From positions 62,001 through 126,000 of the forward strand of contig JAZKDQ010000003.1 in NCBI GenBank assembly GCA_040387495.1: DNA of 64,000 bases, in the 5' to 3' direction. Numbering within the stretch: position 1 is the stretch's first letter; every line of letters starts with the position of its first letter. Below the pieces are notes generated by a model. That model saw only the letters and a list, made by a program, of their open reading frames with translations, did not search any database and had not been told where the DNA came from. A program made the translations under genes and the position numbers. Shown here one piece after another: positions 28,443-39,106 of this stretch. Source of the DNA: Pseudomonadota bacterium. Its GTDB lineage: Bacteria > Pseudomonadota > Alphaproteobacteria > Paracaedibacterales > CAIOTO01.

Positions 28443-29400
28443 TTCAGATAATTTGCCACAACAAAATTTAATTCGCACAAAAACTCTCATCATTGGAGGC
28501 GGTCCAGCTGGCTATACGGCTGCTATTTATGCGGCACGTGCAAGTATGAAGCCTGTTCAAGCATTGGGTATTCAACCGGGTGGTCAATTGATGATTACAA
28601 CCGATGTGGAAAATTACCCAGGATTTAGCCAAGTGATTCAAGGGCCATTTCTCATGGATGAGATGCGAAAGCAAGCTGAACACGTTGGCACACAGATGAT
28701 TGAAGATACAATTATGAGTGTCGATTTTTCTGTGCATCCTTTTCAGGCAAAGACCGAGGATGGTTATGTGATTGTTGCCGATACAGTTATTATTGCAACA
28801 GGTGCTAAAGCACGTTGGCTGGGTCTGGCATCAGAAACAAAGTTTCGCGGTTTTGGTGTGTCTGCTTGTGCAACGTGTGATGGCTTTTTCTTTCGGGGTA
28901 AACGCGTCGCTGTTGTTGGCGGGGGAAACTCAGCTGTTGAAGAGGCTATTTACCTTACGAATCATGCTGAGCATGTGACATTGATCCACAGACGTGATCG
29001 CTTGCGCGCTGAACAAATTGCACAAGATCGTCTTTTTGCGCACCCAAAGATTTCTGTTATTTGGAATGCCGATGTTCATGAAATATGTGGAACTGAAAAT
29101 CCAACAACATTAACGCACCTTATGTTAAAGGATACGGTTACGAATGAAATGGAGCGGCTTGACGTTGATGGTCTTTTCGTGGCAATTGGCCATGATCCAG
29201 CGAGCAGTTTGTTTAAAGGAAAGTTGAACCTAGATTCTGAAGGTTATATTGTGACAAAACCAAATAGCACAGTAACATCTGTGCCCGGTGTGTTTGCAGC
29301 AGGTGATGTGCAGGATAAAGTATTCAGGCAAGCAGTTACAGCCGCAGGGCAGGGGTGTATGGCAGCATTAGAGGCGGAACGTTTTTTGAGTCACATGTGA
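28435..29400 (+). CDS. trxB: Thioredoxin reductase
   Basis: GGGPAG, VSACATCDG, GGGNSAVEEA, FAAGDV. Confidence 0.98.
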   Translation: MLSSDNLPQQNLIRTKTLIIGGGPAGYTAAIYAARASMKPVQALGIQPGGQLMITTDVENYPGFSQVIQGPFLMDEMRKQAEHVGTQMIEDTIMSVDFSVHPFQAKTEDGYVIVADTVIIATGAKARWLGLASETKFRGFGVSACATCDGFFFRGKRVAVVGGGNSAVEEAIYLTNHAEHVTLIHRRDRLRAEQIAQDRLFAHPKISVIWNADVHEICGTENPTTLTHLMLKDTVTNEMERLDVDGLFVAIGHDPASSLFKGKLNLDSEGYIVTKPNSTVTSVPGVFAAGDVQDKVFRQAVTAAGQGCMAALEAERFLSHM

Positions 29401-29467
29401 TCCGATTATACTAAGCTTTGATTAGTGCAGCCTTCATCGATATCTATTCTTCAATTAAGGCTTTTTT

Positions 29468-29564
29468 TTGTCATCCCCACGTAGGCGAGAATCCAGAGAT
29501 GTGAAAAATATTTAGCTTCTAACTTAGAAGTAGCTTTTGATTATCGCCTATGCGGGGATGACAA
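29468..29564. repeat. REP/RPE-like palindromic element (GTCATCCCCGCG...CGCGGGGATGAC family)
   Basis: Arms TTGTCATCCCCACGTAGGCGA / TCGCCTATGCGGGGATGACAA. Confidence 0.8.
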
Positions 29565-29626
29565 GAGAAGCCAGAATAACAGAGGTGTTGGAATAAAATG
29601 ACAGTGCAAGTTTGTGGTGATCTATC

Positions 29627-30592
29627 ATGTTTATAACGGACATTGAATTTGAGGGGCTTATGGCTCCTTTTTCATTCAATCACTCATTCGCTGTAGCAGT
29701 TTCTGGAGGGGCTGATAGTTTGGCGCTTGCATTATTGGCAAAGCGTTATGCTGATAATCATAGTCTACGCATGACAGCGCTGACCATTGATCATGGACTG
29801 CGGAGCAATTCGGCCCAAGAAGCATTGTGGGTGCATAATTTATTGGTAGCCAGGAGTATTTCACATGAGACATTAGTGTGGAATCACACTTCTATTCCGC
29901 AAACAAAAATTCAAGAACGTGCACGTGCAGCGCGCTATGATCTGTTAGGTCAATGGTGTCAGGAAAATTCTGTTACTTCATTATTAACGGCACATCATCA
30001 AGATGATCAAATTGAAACGTTTTTTATGCGGCTTGCTCACCAGTCTGGCTTAAAGGGATTATCGTCGATGCGCGCCGTTCGCACGATGCCATTTGGTATG
30101 CTTGTGCGGCCATTGTTAGGTATACCTAAAGATCGTTTGATTGCAACACTTAAGGCTTTTAATTGTGAGTGGTGTGATGACCCTAGCAATGCAAATGATA
30201 CCTTCGAACGAGTCCGGCTTAGGAAAACCCTTGCAGGGCTATATGAGCAAGAAATTCTGACGCCCGATGCAGTTGCCATCAGTATTCATAAATTGCAAAC
30301 AATTGATGATTTTTTGGATGAAAGTGTCGCTGCATTTTTTAACACCTATGCATTGGGCTGTTTTTCGTTAAAGGCTTTTCAGGGGCAACATGCCGTGCTC
30401 CAGCGACGACTGTTAGGGCATTTAATGAGACAACTTTCATCGGTAGCCTACACACCACCAGATGCAGCAATCAATCAGGTTTGTCAGCAATTAATGCGAC
30501 GTGACTTTAAAGGTGCAACACTTGGTGGGCTTTATTTCAGACGAGCAGCAGGTAGTATGGTTGAAGTTTGTTTGGAAAATAGAAAAACTTGA
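29627..30592 (+). CDS. tilS: tRNA(Ile)-lysidine synthetase
   Basis: AVSGGADS, DHGLR, ARAARY, TAHHQDDQIET, RPLL, DPSN. Confidence 0.96.
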   Translation: MFITDIEFEGLMAPFSFNHSFAVAVSGGADSLALALLAKRYADNHSLRMTALTIDHGLRSNSAQEALWVHNLLVARSISHETLVWNHTSIPQTKIQERARAARYDLLGQWCQENSVTSLLTAHHQDDQIETFFMRLAHQSGLKGLSSMRAVRTMPFGMLVRPLLGIPKDRLIATLKAFNCEWCDDPSNANDTFERVRLRKTLAGLYEQEILTPDAVAISIHKLQTIDDFLDESVAAFFNTYALGCFSLKAFQGQHAVLQRRLLGHLMRQLSSVAYTPPDAAINQVCQQLMRRDFKGATLGGLYFRRAAGSMVEVCLENRKT

Positions 30593-31585
30593 TTAATTAC
30601 TCTCACCCAAAACCGCTAAAACTGCAGCCATATCGGTTGGTAGATCGGAGGTAAAATCACACAAATCCCCAGTCGTTGGATGAACGAACGACAATCGATA
30701 AGCATGCAGTGCTTGCGTTGAAAAATTTTGTATAACTTCTGGCATATTTTTTAAACGTTGATATTGAGATTTTCCATACAATGGATCACCAATGATGTGA
30801 CAATTGATAGATTGACAATGTACACGAATTTGATGTGTACGCCCGGTACCTAACTGGCAATCCAAAAGACTGATTGGTGTCGATACACCATCTAAAACCC
30901 AGCTCTCATCAAGTGTAAGGTGTGTTATCGCTTTTTTGCCACCACCATATTTAAGCAAGGTCATCTTTTGACGATTGCTTGAATGACGTCCAATCTCACC
31001 TTCGAGGGTGAGCGTTTTTCGGGTAAGCTTTCCAAAAACAAGTGCTTTATAACGACGAACAAGTGTTTTCTCTAATGTTTGGGCATCAGGGTGAAATTGC
31101 GCACTTAGTGCATTGTGAGCATAATCATTTTTTGCAATGACCATAAGTCCGCTTGTGTCTTTATCAAGGCGATGCACGATCCCAGGACGTTTAACGCCGC
31201 CAATACCTGATAAGCTATCACCACAATGCGCCAACAATGCATTTACTAACGTGCCATCCCTGTGCCCTGGTGCTGGATGCACGACAAGCCCTACAGGTTT
31301 ATTGAGAACAAGAATATCATCATCTTCATAGATGATATCAATGGGGATATCTTCCGCAATGATGTGCGTTTCTTCAAGTTCTGGCGGTGTTAACAGAAAA
31401 ACTTCATTTGCTTTGATTTTATAACTTGCTTGGCAAAAAGGCGTATCTCCACGGGCTAAGCAGCCCTGTTCAAGCCATTGTTGCACGCGTGAACGGCTTT
31501 CATTTGGAAAATGGGCATTAAGAAAACGATCGAGTCTAAGGCCAACGTCATCGGCCTCTACACAAAGAGAAATAGGATTTTGCAT
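30593..31585 (-). CDS. rluD: RluA/RluD-family pseudouridine synthase with S4 domain
   Basis: RLDRFL, NKPVGLVVHP, HRLDKDTSG, TGRTHQIRVH; start 31585 overlaps upstream TAA (TAATG). Confidence 0.9.
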   Translation of the reverse strand: MQNPISLCVEADDVGLRLDRFLNAHFPNESRSRVQQWLEQGCLARGDTPFCQASYKIKANEVFLLTPPELEETHIIAEDIPIDIIYEDDDILVLNKPVGLVVHPAPGHRDGTLVNALLAHCGDSLSGIGGVKRPGIVHRLDKDTSGLMVIAKNDYAHNALSAQFHPDAQTLEKTLVRRYKALVFGKLTRKTLTLEGEIGRHSSNRQKMTLLKYGGGKKAITHLTLDESWVLDGVSTPISLLDCQLGTGRTHQIRVHCQSINCHIIGDPLYGKSQYQRLKNMPEVIQNFSTQALHAYRLSFVHPTTGDLCDFTSDLPTDMAAVLAVLGESN

Positions 31586-31938
31586 TAGTTTGTTGGGTTC
31601 CACGCCGTATAGTCTGGCTTTTTTAAGTGTCCGTCACTGGTAAAGTGAGACGATTTAGGATTATGCGCTAAAGGCGTCCCTGTTAAATTTGGTATATGTT
31701 TAGTCTTGCACGTTAACACAGTTTCTCTATTATTTGGTATATCATTTGTTGTGTAATGAAGCCAGCTGTGCCAGAGAGGAGGAACTTTGCTTGCCTCTTC
31801 AATGCCTTTATACAGCACAAAACGGCGCTGATTGCGTTTATGTGAGAATTTCTTTTCTTGAAAATATTGATTGCCATAGGGGTCTGCGCCAATCAATTGG
31901 CCATTCCATTTGAGATAGAGCCGAACCCACAGATGCAT
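31585..31938 (-). CDS. NADH:ubiquinone oxidoreductase NDUFA12 (17.2 kDa) family
   Basis: G.D.YGN.Y, RRFVLY, EASKVPP.WH.WLH, H.PNLTGT, Y.AWNP. Confidence 0.93.
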   Translation of the reverse strand: MHLWVRLYLKWNGQLIGADPYGNQYFQEKKFSHKRNQRRFVLYKGIEEASKVPPLWHSWLHYTTNDIPNNRETVLTCKTKHIPNLTGTPLAHNPKSSHFTSDGHLKKPDYTAWNPTN

Positions 31939-32014
31939 GACATGACCTAATATTATGATACCATTGTGTAACATTGTACATTATTTTTAGTCGTTTTTAA
32001 ACAACTGGATTTAT

Positions 32015-33793
32015 CTATAACGCTTTTGTTGCTTCTGCAAGCCATGCCTTGTTTTTTTCATCGAGGTAAGGCGCTAAATGTTTATAGACATGCGCATGGT
32101 AGCTGTTTAACCAGTCTAGTTCATCGTGCGTCAATAATTTCTTTTTAACCAGTTTTCGATCAATAGGCGCTAAGGTAAGCGTTTCAAAGCCAAGCTTTGC
32201 TGACTCAACTTCTGTTGCGGGGGAAATTTCGACAACAGCGACAAGGCTTTCGATGCGAACTCCATACTCGCCTGCTTTGTAGTAGCCTGGTTCATTGGAT
32301 ACAACCATGCCAGGTTCCAAAATCGTGCGATGGATTGATTTTGAAATAATCCCATACAGTCCTTCATGCACATTAAGGAAACTACCTACGCCATGGCCCG
32401 TGCCATGATTATAATCAAGTCCAGCTTGCCACAAGAACTGCCTTGCAAGGACATCAAGCTGCGTTCCGCTTGTGCTGGGTGGAAAAGTCGCTTGTGCTAT
32501 AGCAATATGTCCTTTAAGTACACGCGTAAAGCGGTCACATTGTTCAGCAGTTGGTTTGCCGATTGCGATGGTACGTGTTACATCGGTTGTGCCATCAAGA
32601 TATTGGGCGCCCGAATCGACTAACAATAGACCATTTGCATTAATTCGTGTATTTGTTTCTTCTGTTGCACGATAGTGAACAATAGCACCGTTCGCTGCGA
32701 ACCCTGCAATGGTTGGAAAACTAAGGCCATGAAAGTGCTTTTGTTCCCTACGGCAATTCTCTAAATATTCAGCAGCTGCAATTTCTGTGAGTTCGCCTTT
32801 AGGTGCTTCTCCGGATATCCAGGCTAAGAAATTAACCAATGCAACGCCGTCTCGGCGGTGGGATTGTCTGAATCCGCGAAGTTCAATCGGGTTTTTTATC
32901 ATGCGTAGTGGAATGCAAGGATCCGTTAATGGTAAGAGAGTGTTATTTCCTTGATATAAAAAGGAAATCAAAGCAACGGGTGTTTTTGCTGTATCAAAAA
33001 TTACTGTTTTTTTGACAATTTTGTCTGTTATAAAAGCTTCACACATAGTTAGGTCGTGAAATGTTACGTCAGGAGACAGTGCGTCTTTAATCTGTTGTGG
33101 AATCTTAGTTAAGTCAGTAAAAACATCCATTGTACCATTTTTATAAAACAGACCATACATGTTAGCAATCGGTGTGAATTCTAAGTCAAATCCGCGAATA
33201 TTCAGCAGCCAATTAAGTGATTCCGAGCTGCCAATGAGAAGCGTATCTGCTTTTTTTTCTTTAAGTATGTTTGTTAATCCAACTCGTTTTTGCAAAAAAG
33301 AAAAGCCAGCTTGTTTTATATTATGTAGGAATGCAGCTTTTTCTTGCATTTTTGGACGGTCAGACCAAATTGAATCCACCAGATTGTATGGTGTTGGCCT
33401 AAGGTCAAAATGTGTTTCTTTTGCGCGCGTTTGCCATGCTTTAAGCTCTGTAAAGTTGAAAAACCATGGATCATAGAGCACTACTGCATTGGCGGGAATG
33501 TTGGCAGCCGCCCAAGAATCACGTTGGTCAATAGGAAGGTCTTCGAAAAGTGTGGAATCAATTTGATTTTTGACTTGTAGAGTGTATCTGCCATCGACAA
33601 AAATGGCTGCTTTTTCAAGTGTAATTATTCCAAATCCAGATGATCCATCAAACCCTGTTAGCCAAGCGAGTCGTTCATCGGGTGCGGCGCGATATTCATT
33701 TTGGAAGGCGTCACTTGTGGGAACCAGAAATGCATATGCTTTTTCTTTTTTGAGTGCTTGGCGAAGTTGAATAAGCTTGTCGTTTGTATTCAA
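32015..33793 (-). CDS. Xaa-Pro aminopeptidase (aminopeptidase P, M24B)
   Basis: DSGAQYLDGTTDVTRT, HGTGHGVG, VHEG, SNEPGYY, GVRIE; TTG start. Confidence 0.95.
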   Translation of the reverse strand: MNTNDKLIQLRQALKKEKAYAFLVPTSDAFQNEYRAAPDERLAWLTGFDGSSGFGIITLEKAAIFVDGRYTLQVKNQIDSTLFEDLPIDQRDSWAAANIPANAVVLYDPWFFNFTELKAWQTRAKETHFDLRPTPYNLVDSIWSDRPKMQEKAAFLHNIKQAGFSFLQKRVGLTNILKEKKADTLLIGSSESLNWLLNIRGFDLEFTPIANMYGLFYKNGTMDVFTDLTKIPQQIKDALSPDVTFHDLTMCEAFITDKIVKKTVIFDTAKTPVALISFLYQGNNTLLPLTDPCIPLRMIKNPIELRGFRQSHRRDGVALVNFLAWISGEAPKGELTEIAAAEYLENCRREQKHFHGLSFPTIAGFAANGAIVHYRATEETNTRINANGLLLVDSGAQYLDGTTDVTRTIAIGKPTAEQCDRFTRVLKGHIAIAQATFPPSTSGTQLDVLARQFLWQAGLDYNHGTGHGVGSFLNVHEGLYGIISKSIHRTILEPGMVVSNEPGYYKAGEYGVRIESLVAVVEISPATEVESAKLGFETLTLAPIDRKLVKKKLLTHDELDWLNSYHAHVYKHLAPYLDEKNKAWLAEATKAL

Positions 33794-33905
33794 GATACAG
33801 TTCTTTGATAAATTGGTATGGACTTCAGATTAAAGCAGATCGTTAGGGTGCACAAGATCTTCGCAAAATTTCGATGGATTAATCCATTTTATAAAAATTT
33901 TTGAA

Positions 33906-33932
33906 GTGTAGTCATTTAATGGATGACTACAC
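33906..33932 (-). terminator. Hairpin downstream of grpE
   Basis: GTGTAGTCAT-7 nt-ATGACTACAC. Confidence 0.55.
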
Positions 33933-33959
33933 GTGAGATGGATCATTATTGTTATTTTC

Positions 33960-34565
33960 TTAAACAGTCTCATCAACGATTTTGTCAGTTTCTGGTGCTG
34001 TCTTTGCAGGTGCTTTACTCACACCAACCATAGCAGGTCGCAACAATCGATCATGAAGCAGATAGCCATCCTGCATAATATTAAGCACAGTGCCTGCAGG
34101 ATGTTCAGCGCTTTCAATTTCAAACATAGCCTGATGATGGTTTGGATCAAATTTTTCATGAAGCGGTTGAATGCGTTTTATGTTGTGGCGATCAAGAGTA
34201 GTGTCAAGTTCTTTAACAATTAGTTCTACGCCTGTGATTAAGCTTTGGATATTGGCTGTCAGCTGTGCTTTGTCTTCTTTTGCACATGAATCAAGCGCGC
34301 GGCGCAAGTTATCAGCAACACCAACAATATCGCGTGCTAAATTGGTCGGAGCATAACGCGTAGCATCTTCTTTATCACGTTGTCCGCGTTTACGAATGTT
34401 TTCGGTTTCAGCAACAGCCCTAAGCCATTGATCTTTCATCTCGGCGAGTTGTTGTTCAAGGGTAGGCTCTAACGTAATAATTTCAGCTTCATGGATTTCT
34501 TCTAATGGAACTGTTTCGTTATCCATAGTTTCTTGCTTCATTTTCTCTTCATTGTTTAATGTCAT
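33960..34565 (-). CDS. grpE: Nucleotide exchange factor GrpE
   Basis: LRAVAETENIRKR, FDPNHHQAM, GYLLHDRLLRPAMV.V. Confidence 0.97.
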   Translation of the reverse strand: MTLNNEEKMKQETMDNETVPLEEIHEAEIITLEPTLEQQLAEMKDQWLRAVAETENIRKRGQRDKEDATRYAPTNLARDIVGVADNLRRALDSCAKEDKAQLTANIQSLITGVELIVKELDTTLDRHNIKRIQPLHEKFDPNHHQAMFEIESAEHPAGTVLNIMQDGYLLHDRLLRPAMVGVSKAPAKTAPETDKIVDETV

Positions 34566-34604
34566 TGTTAATTCCTGTTTTATTTTTTTAAAGCCAATAA
34601 TATT

Positions 34605-35180
34605 TTAAAAATGTCTTATTGATAGTTTTACATAACCAAAACCTGTGATGATCGTTAATAATGCGGCGCACCAAAGCATCACTTCGCCCAGGTATCGAGC
34701 GGGTGTTGCAATTTCAGCTGTATCTCCAACCAATAGAAAACAAATAGCAAGCATTTGAATGGCTGTTTTCCATTTTGCGAGTTGAGATACTGCCAATGTT
34801 TCATGGAAATTACTTAAGTGTTCTCTCAGTCCTGAAACGAGAATTTCACGGCTTAAAATAATAATAGCTGGAATAAATGAATAACGACTAATGCGGTCAA
34901 ACCCTGCCATAAGAAATAGAGTCGTGGCTACTAATAGTTTATCTGCCATCGGGTCAAGGAATTGTCCAAGACGTGATATTTGAGAATAAGTACGTGCAAC
35001 GTAACCATCAAGGTAATCTGTTATGCAGCCAACAATAAATATTACGGCCGCAGCAAGACGCCATTCTGGCGTTCCCATATAAAAAGAAAGCACGAGAACG
35101 GGAATGAGTACGATTCGAACAAAAGTGAGCATATTCGCTGTTGTTGAAAACATAATTGAGTGTGCTTTCAGTTGGGTCAT
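34605..35180 (-). CDS. pgsA: CDP-diacylglycerol--glycerol-3-phosphate 3-phosphatidyltransferase
   Basis: NMLT..R, TDYLDGYVAR, G.FLDP.ADK, REILVSGLRE, AKWKT..QM. Confidence 0.96.
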   Translation of the reverse strand: MTQLKAHSIMFSTTANMLTFVRIVLIPVLVLSFYMGTPEWRLAAAVIFIVGCITDYLDGYVARTYSQISRLGQFLDPMADKLLVATTLFLMAGFDRISRYSFIPAIIILSREILVSGLREHLSNFHETLAVSQLAKWKTAIQMLAICFLLVGDTAEIATPARYLGEVMLWCAALLTIITGFGYVKLSIRHF

Positions 35181-35282
35181 GATTCAGTTGTTCATACTAT
35201 ACAATTATTTCTGAAAATAATCATAAGATTTTTTAGAGCAGATGCTGTTTTTAAGCGAATATCAGTGATAACTCATATTTTT

Positions 35283-36506
35283 TTAGAGATCAACTTTTAA
35301 TTCCCAGTGTGGAAATGGATCGGCAAATTTTTCCCATTCATTTTTCCCTAAATTCAGTTCTGCGTCCCTTAAAAGGCATGCGTCTAGCAGTGAAATAATT
35401 TTTTCTTTATCCATTTCAATCCCAATAATAATGATCTCTTGTCTGCGATCGCCGTATTGGATGGATTCCCAGATTCGTCTGATAAGTGCTTCTCAATGCC
35501 TTCGAGCCATTCCGGGTTATCTGGCCAATCTTCTTTCTCTACAGCATCCCACCATGAACCTGCCATTTCGCTACGGCAGATCGCCCCTGCTTGCGACCAA
35601 TTTCCCGCAAAATCAAAACGGCTGGCTAGCCAAAATATACCTTTTGATCGAATGACACCAGGCCATTCAGTTTCAATTACTTTGTAGAAACGGTCAGGAT
35701 GAAATGGCTTGCGAGATCGATAAATAAAGCTGCTGATGCCATATTCGAGTGTTTCTGGCACAATGTTCGCCGCGAAGTTCTTTGAGCCAACCTGGCGCCA
35801 TACTTGCTTTGTCAAAATCAAATAGGCCAGTTCCTAATATTTGATTGATAGGAACCTTGCCGAATTCAGAGACAACAATGCGTGCTTGGGTATTAAACAT
35901 TTTTATAATACCGGTGAGGCGGTGAATGTCATCAGGGCTTACCAAATCAACTTTATTCAAAATAATCACATCAGCGAATTCAACCTGTTCAATCAATAAA
36001 TCTACGACAGTGCGCTCGTCATCTTCGCCTGCTGATTTGCCGCGCTGATGCAAGAAATCTTGTGAACTCTAATCCTTAAGGAAATTAAAAGCGTCCACAA
36101 CACTGACCATCGTGTCGAGCGTAGCAATATCTGATAGACTTGCTCCATCGTCGTCTTCAAATGTAAATGTTTCAGCAACGGGCAGGGGTTCTGATATGCC
36201 TGTTGATTCAATGAGTAAATAGTCAAAGCGACTTTCGTTGGCAATTTTTGTGATTTCCTCGAGTAGATCTTCACGAAGCGTGCAGCAGATACAGCCATTG
36301 CTCATTTCAATTAGTTTTTCTTCGGTGTGCCTGAGTTCTGATCCACCATGTTTGATTAAGTCAGCGTCAATATTAACGTCACCCATATCATTGATAATAA
36401 CAGCGACAGGAAGGCCTTCACGATTGTTCAAGATGTGATTTAAAAGTGTTGTCTTGCCCGAGCCTAAAAAGCCGGAAAGCACAGTGACAGGTAGTTTTTT
36501 TGACAT
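35283..36506 (-). pseudogene. COG0523 (ZigA/YciC/CobW-family) zinc metallochaperone GTPase, disrupted
   Basis: [19 protein letters not shown]; in-frame TAG at 36069-36071; +1 frameshift at ~35762 (EH/VPET.EYG); second frameshift at ~35455-35490 before YGDRRQE; native C-terminus DPFPHW..* ends at 35283. Confidence 0.93.
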
Positions 36507-36612
36507 AAATTAGCCTTAAATCACTAACAGTGATTGGAAATGGGAATATTTAGCGTGTTAGGGAAAATATGTTATAATGCGATGCATGTCAAGTTTTCTA
36601 GTTTATTATGCT

Positions 36613-37107
36613 TTACTTCACTTCAACCAATGACAATTCATGTGCGATATCTTGTGCTAAGTTCTTAATCAAACGTTCCCGTGCACCACACTCAGCGGAT
36701 ATGGTTGAAAATTCTTCAACATAGTCAACGGTATACGATGTCGCGCCGTCCAGTTTTGCTTCATGAAGTGGGGTTAGTCCGCCATCAAAAACCTGAACAA
36801 CAGCACGAAGCTGTCCTTGGCTTCGTTGGGCATTTGCATTTGCATTATAGGCAATGTTTCCATAAGCTTCTTCAAGTGTAATCTTTACAGTCAATTGGTG
36901 CGCTACCTTTTGTGAAATGGTTGGTAGCAATGTCTCAAGCTCTTTTCTAAGTTTGTGCGTTGTGTAAGCTTGATCAGTTGATCCAGTGACGATGAGCTTG
37001 AACAATTGTGGGCGCTCTGCTGCGGTTCTCGCCTTATAAACAGGTTCAAAGCCGCAGCCGGTAAGAGCAAGGCATACACATAATAATATAATTTTATTTA
37101 GATACAT
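36613..37107 (-). CDS. lptE: LPS assembly lipoprotein LptE
   Basis: Lipobox LALTGC followed by GFEPVY; C-terminal ARERL...LA..I. Confidence 0.8.
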   Translation of the reverse strand: MYLNKIILLCVCLALTGCGFEPVYKARTAAERPQLFKLIVTGSTDQAYTTHKLRKELETLLPTISQKVAHQLTVKITLEEAYGNIAYNANANAQRSQGQLRAVVQVFDGGLTPLHEAKLDGATSYTVDYVEEFSTISAECGARERLIKNLAQDIAHELSLVEVK

Positions 37108-38230
37108 AACTAAGCACAACCTCTGCTGCTTTTTCTGCGGGTATTTTGCCGTCAGAAGGGGTTAATAAGTGGCGAACCTGCTCAAATAGTTCAGGTGTTT
37201 GTTTAGTAGCTGTGCCATCTGGGTTTTTTCCTTGAAGCAGAGCTGTTAACGTGATTTTCAAGTCTTTAGCATTGCATGCCCCTTGTAAATATTCAAGAAC
37301 CACCTTTTTGCCAAGCAGGATGTTGACAAGGCAAACTGAGGAAATTTTTACAAGATATTTGAGTAGTATAGCGGTCAACCAGGATGCACGATAGGCAATA
37401 ATCATGGGGGTTTTTGCCATGGCAAGTTCCAGCGATACAGTCCCACTAGCGGCTAATGCAACATCACATAAGGCCATTGCTTTTTGCTTAAGCACAGTAT
37501 CGGTAATAGCGTGCGCAGATGGAAGGGCTGTTTTAATTTCAACAACAAATTTATCAAACGTTGGAACAATAATATTAGCGTCCAGATCTTTTACGGTTTC
37601 AGCAAAAATGGCAAGGTGCCGCTTGATTTCACCGCGTCTGCTGCCTGGCAAAAAACAAATATTTTTTTTCTCTGGATTTATCCCTAATGCTTTAACCAGT
37701 ATATCGTTATTATTCCAGTCTGCACTGATAACAGGATGTCCTACAAAGGTTGCTGGTAAGTTATGTACAGTAAAATAAGGTGGCTCAAACGGGAATAAAC
37801 ACATCAAATGATCAATACCTACACACTTAGCAAGTTTGTAAGCACGTTTTGGGCGCCATGCCCAGACAGAAGGTGCGACATAATGTACACAAGGAATATT
37901 AAGGCGCGCCTTGACACCGGTAATGACGCGATTGCAAAAACCAGGAGAATCAATCGTCACAAGAACATCCGGTTTAAATTCGCAAATATCATCGATTGTT
38001 TTTCTAATAAGTTTTTTAATACGCCTGATATGCGGAATAAGCTCAATGAGTCCCATCACAGCAATTTCATCATAATTAAACAGTAAATCTACATTAGCAT
38101 CATGCATGAGGTCGCCACCAATGCCGTGTAAGATGAGGCCTGATTGTCGCTTGCTTAATGCATTCGCCAAATTACTGCCGAGTAAATCGCCAGATGCTTC
38201 GCCCGCAATAATGTATATTTTTGTTGTCAT
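37094..38230 (-). CDS. lpxB: Lipid-A-disaccharide synthase
   Basis: AGEASGD, TIDSPGF, YVAPSVWAWR, FPFE, LPGSR, ASGTVSLE. Confidence 0.97.
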   Translation of the reverse strand: MTTKIYIIAGEASGDLLGSNLANALSKRQSGLILHGIGGDLMHDANVDLLFNYDEIAVMGLIELIPHIRRIKKLIRKTIDDICEFKPDVLVTIDSPGFCNRVITGVKARLNIPCVHYVAPSVWAWRPKRAYKLAKCVGIDHLMCLFPFEPPYFTVHNLPATFVGHPVISADWNNNDILVKALGINPEKKNICFLPGSRRGEIKRHLAIFAETVKDLDANIIVPTFDKFVVEIKTALPSAHAITDTVLKQKAMALCDVALAASGTVSLELAMAKTPMIIAYRASWLTAILLKYLVKISSVCLVNILLGKKVVLEYLQGACNAKDLKITLTALLQGKNPDGTATKQTPELFEQVRHLLTPSDGKIPAEKAAEVVLSYVSK

Positions 38231-38314
38231 TGTGCTTGAAAGTGTTTCAAAAATCTCTGGTGCTGAGTATACTCGCTTTGAATATGATATTCATTACATT
38301 TTAAGAGGTTTTTT

Positions 38315-39034
38315 ATGCGTCCAGATCGCCGTCAACCATCAGAGCTCCGTTCCATATTTTTAGGGCCTAGTTTTGTTAAATACGCTGAAGGGTCTTGTTT
38401 TGTTAAATTTGGTGATACGCACGTGATTTGTGCTGCAACAATTGAAGAAAAAGTGCCATCATTTTTGCGTAATACAGGTGCAGGTTGGATTACAGCTGAA
38501 TATGGTATGTTGCCACGCGCAACACACACACGCGTTGATCGTGAAGCTGCAAAAGGAAAGCAATCAGGGCGTACACAAGAAATTCAGCGTTTGATTGGTC
38601 GTACCTTGCGGTCTGTTGTGAACTTAAAGGCCTTGGGCGAGCGTCAGATCCGAATTGACTGTGATGTACTGCAGGCAGACGGCGGCACGCGAACAGCGAG
38701 TATTACAGGTGCATATGTAGCGCTCCATCAAGCATTGCAAAAATTAGTTGCGAACAAAAAAATTTCGAGCATGCCTTTGATAGACCATATTGCAGCTGTT
38801 TCGTGTGGTATTATTGATGGTGAAGCACGACTCGATTTGAATTATATTGAAGATTCATCAGCACAGGTGGATGCAAATTTTGTGATTACGGGTAATGGAC
38901 GTTTGGTTGAAATTCAGGCGAGTGCAGAAAAAGAACCTTTTAGTGAAGAAGAATTTGCACAAATGTTGGCATTATCTAAAACCGGTGTTGCCGAATTGAT
39001 TCAATTGCAAAAGCAGGCACTTAAGATTGACTGA
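38315..39034 (+). CDS. rph: Ribonuclease PH
   Basis: [41 protein letters not shown]. Confidence 0.98.
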   Translation: MRPDRRQPSELRSIFLGPSFVKYAEGSCFVKFGDTHVICAATIEEKVPSFLRNTGAGWITAEYGMLPRATHTRVDREAAKGKQSGRTQEIQRLIGRTLRSVVNLKALGERQIRIDCDVLQADGGTRTASITGAYVALHQALQKLVANKKISSMPLIDHIAAVSCGIIDGEARLDLNYIEDSSAQVDANFVITGNGRLVEIQASAEKEPFSEEEFAQMLALSKTGVAELIQLQKQALKID

Positions 39035-39055
39035 AATTAAATTTATGTTGGATGT

Positions 39056-39089
39056 AAAAAAAAACCAGATAATGATATCTGGTTTTTTT
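39056..39089. terminator. Bidirectional intrinsic terminator
   Basis: A9-CCAGATA-atga-TATCTGG-T7 between convergent genes. Confidence 0.85.
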
Positions 39090-39106
39090 GTTGCTTAATG
39101 AATGAT

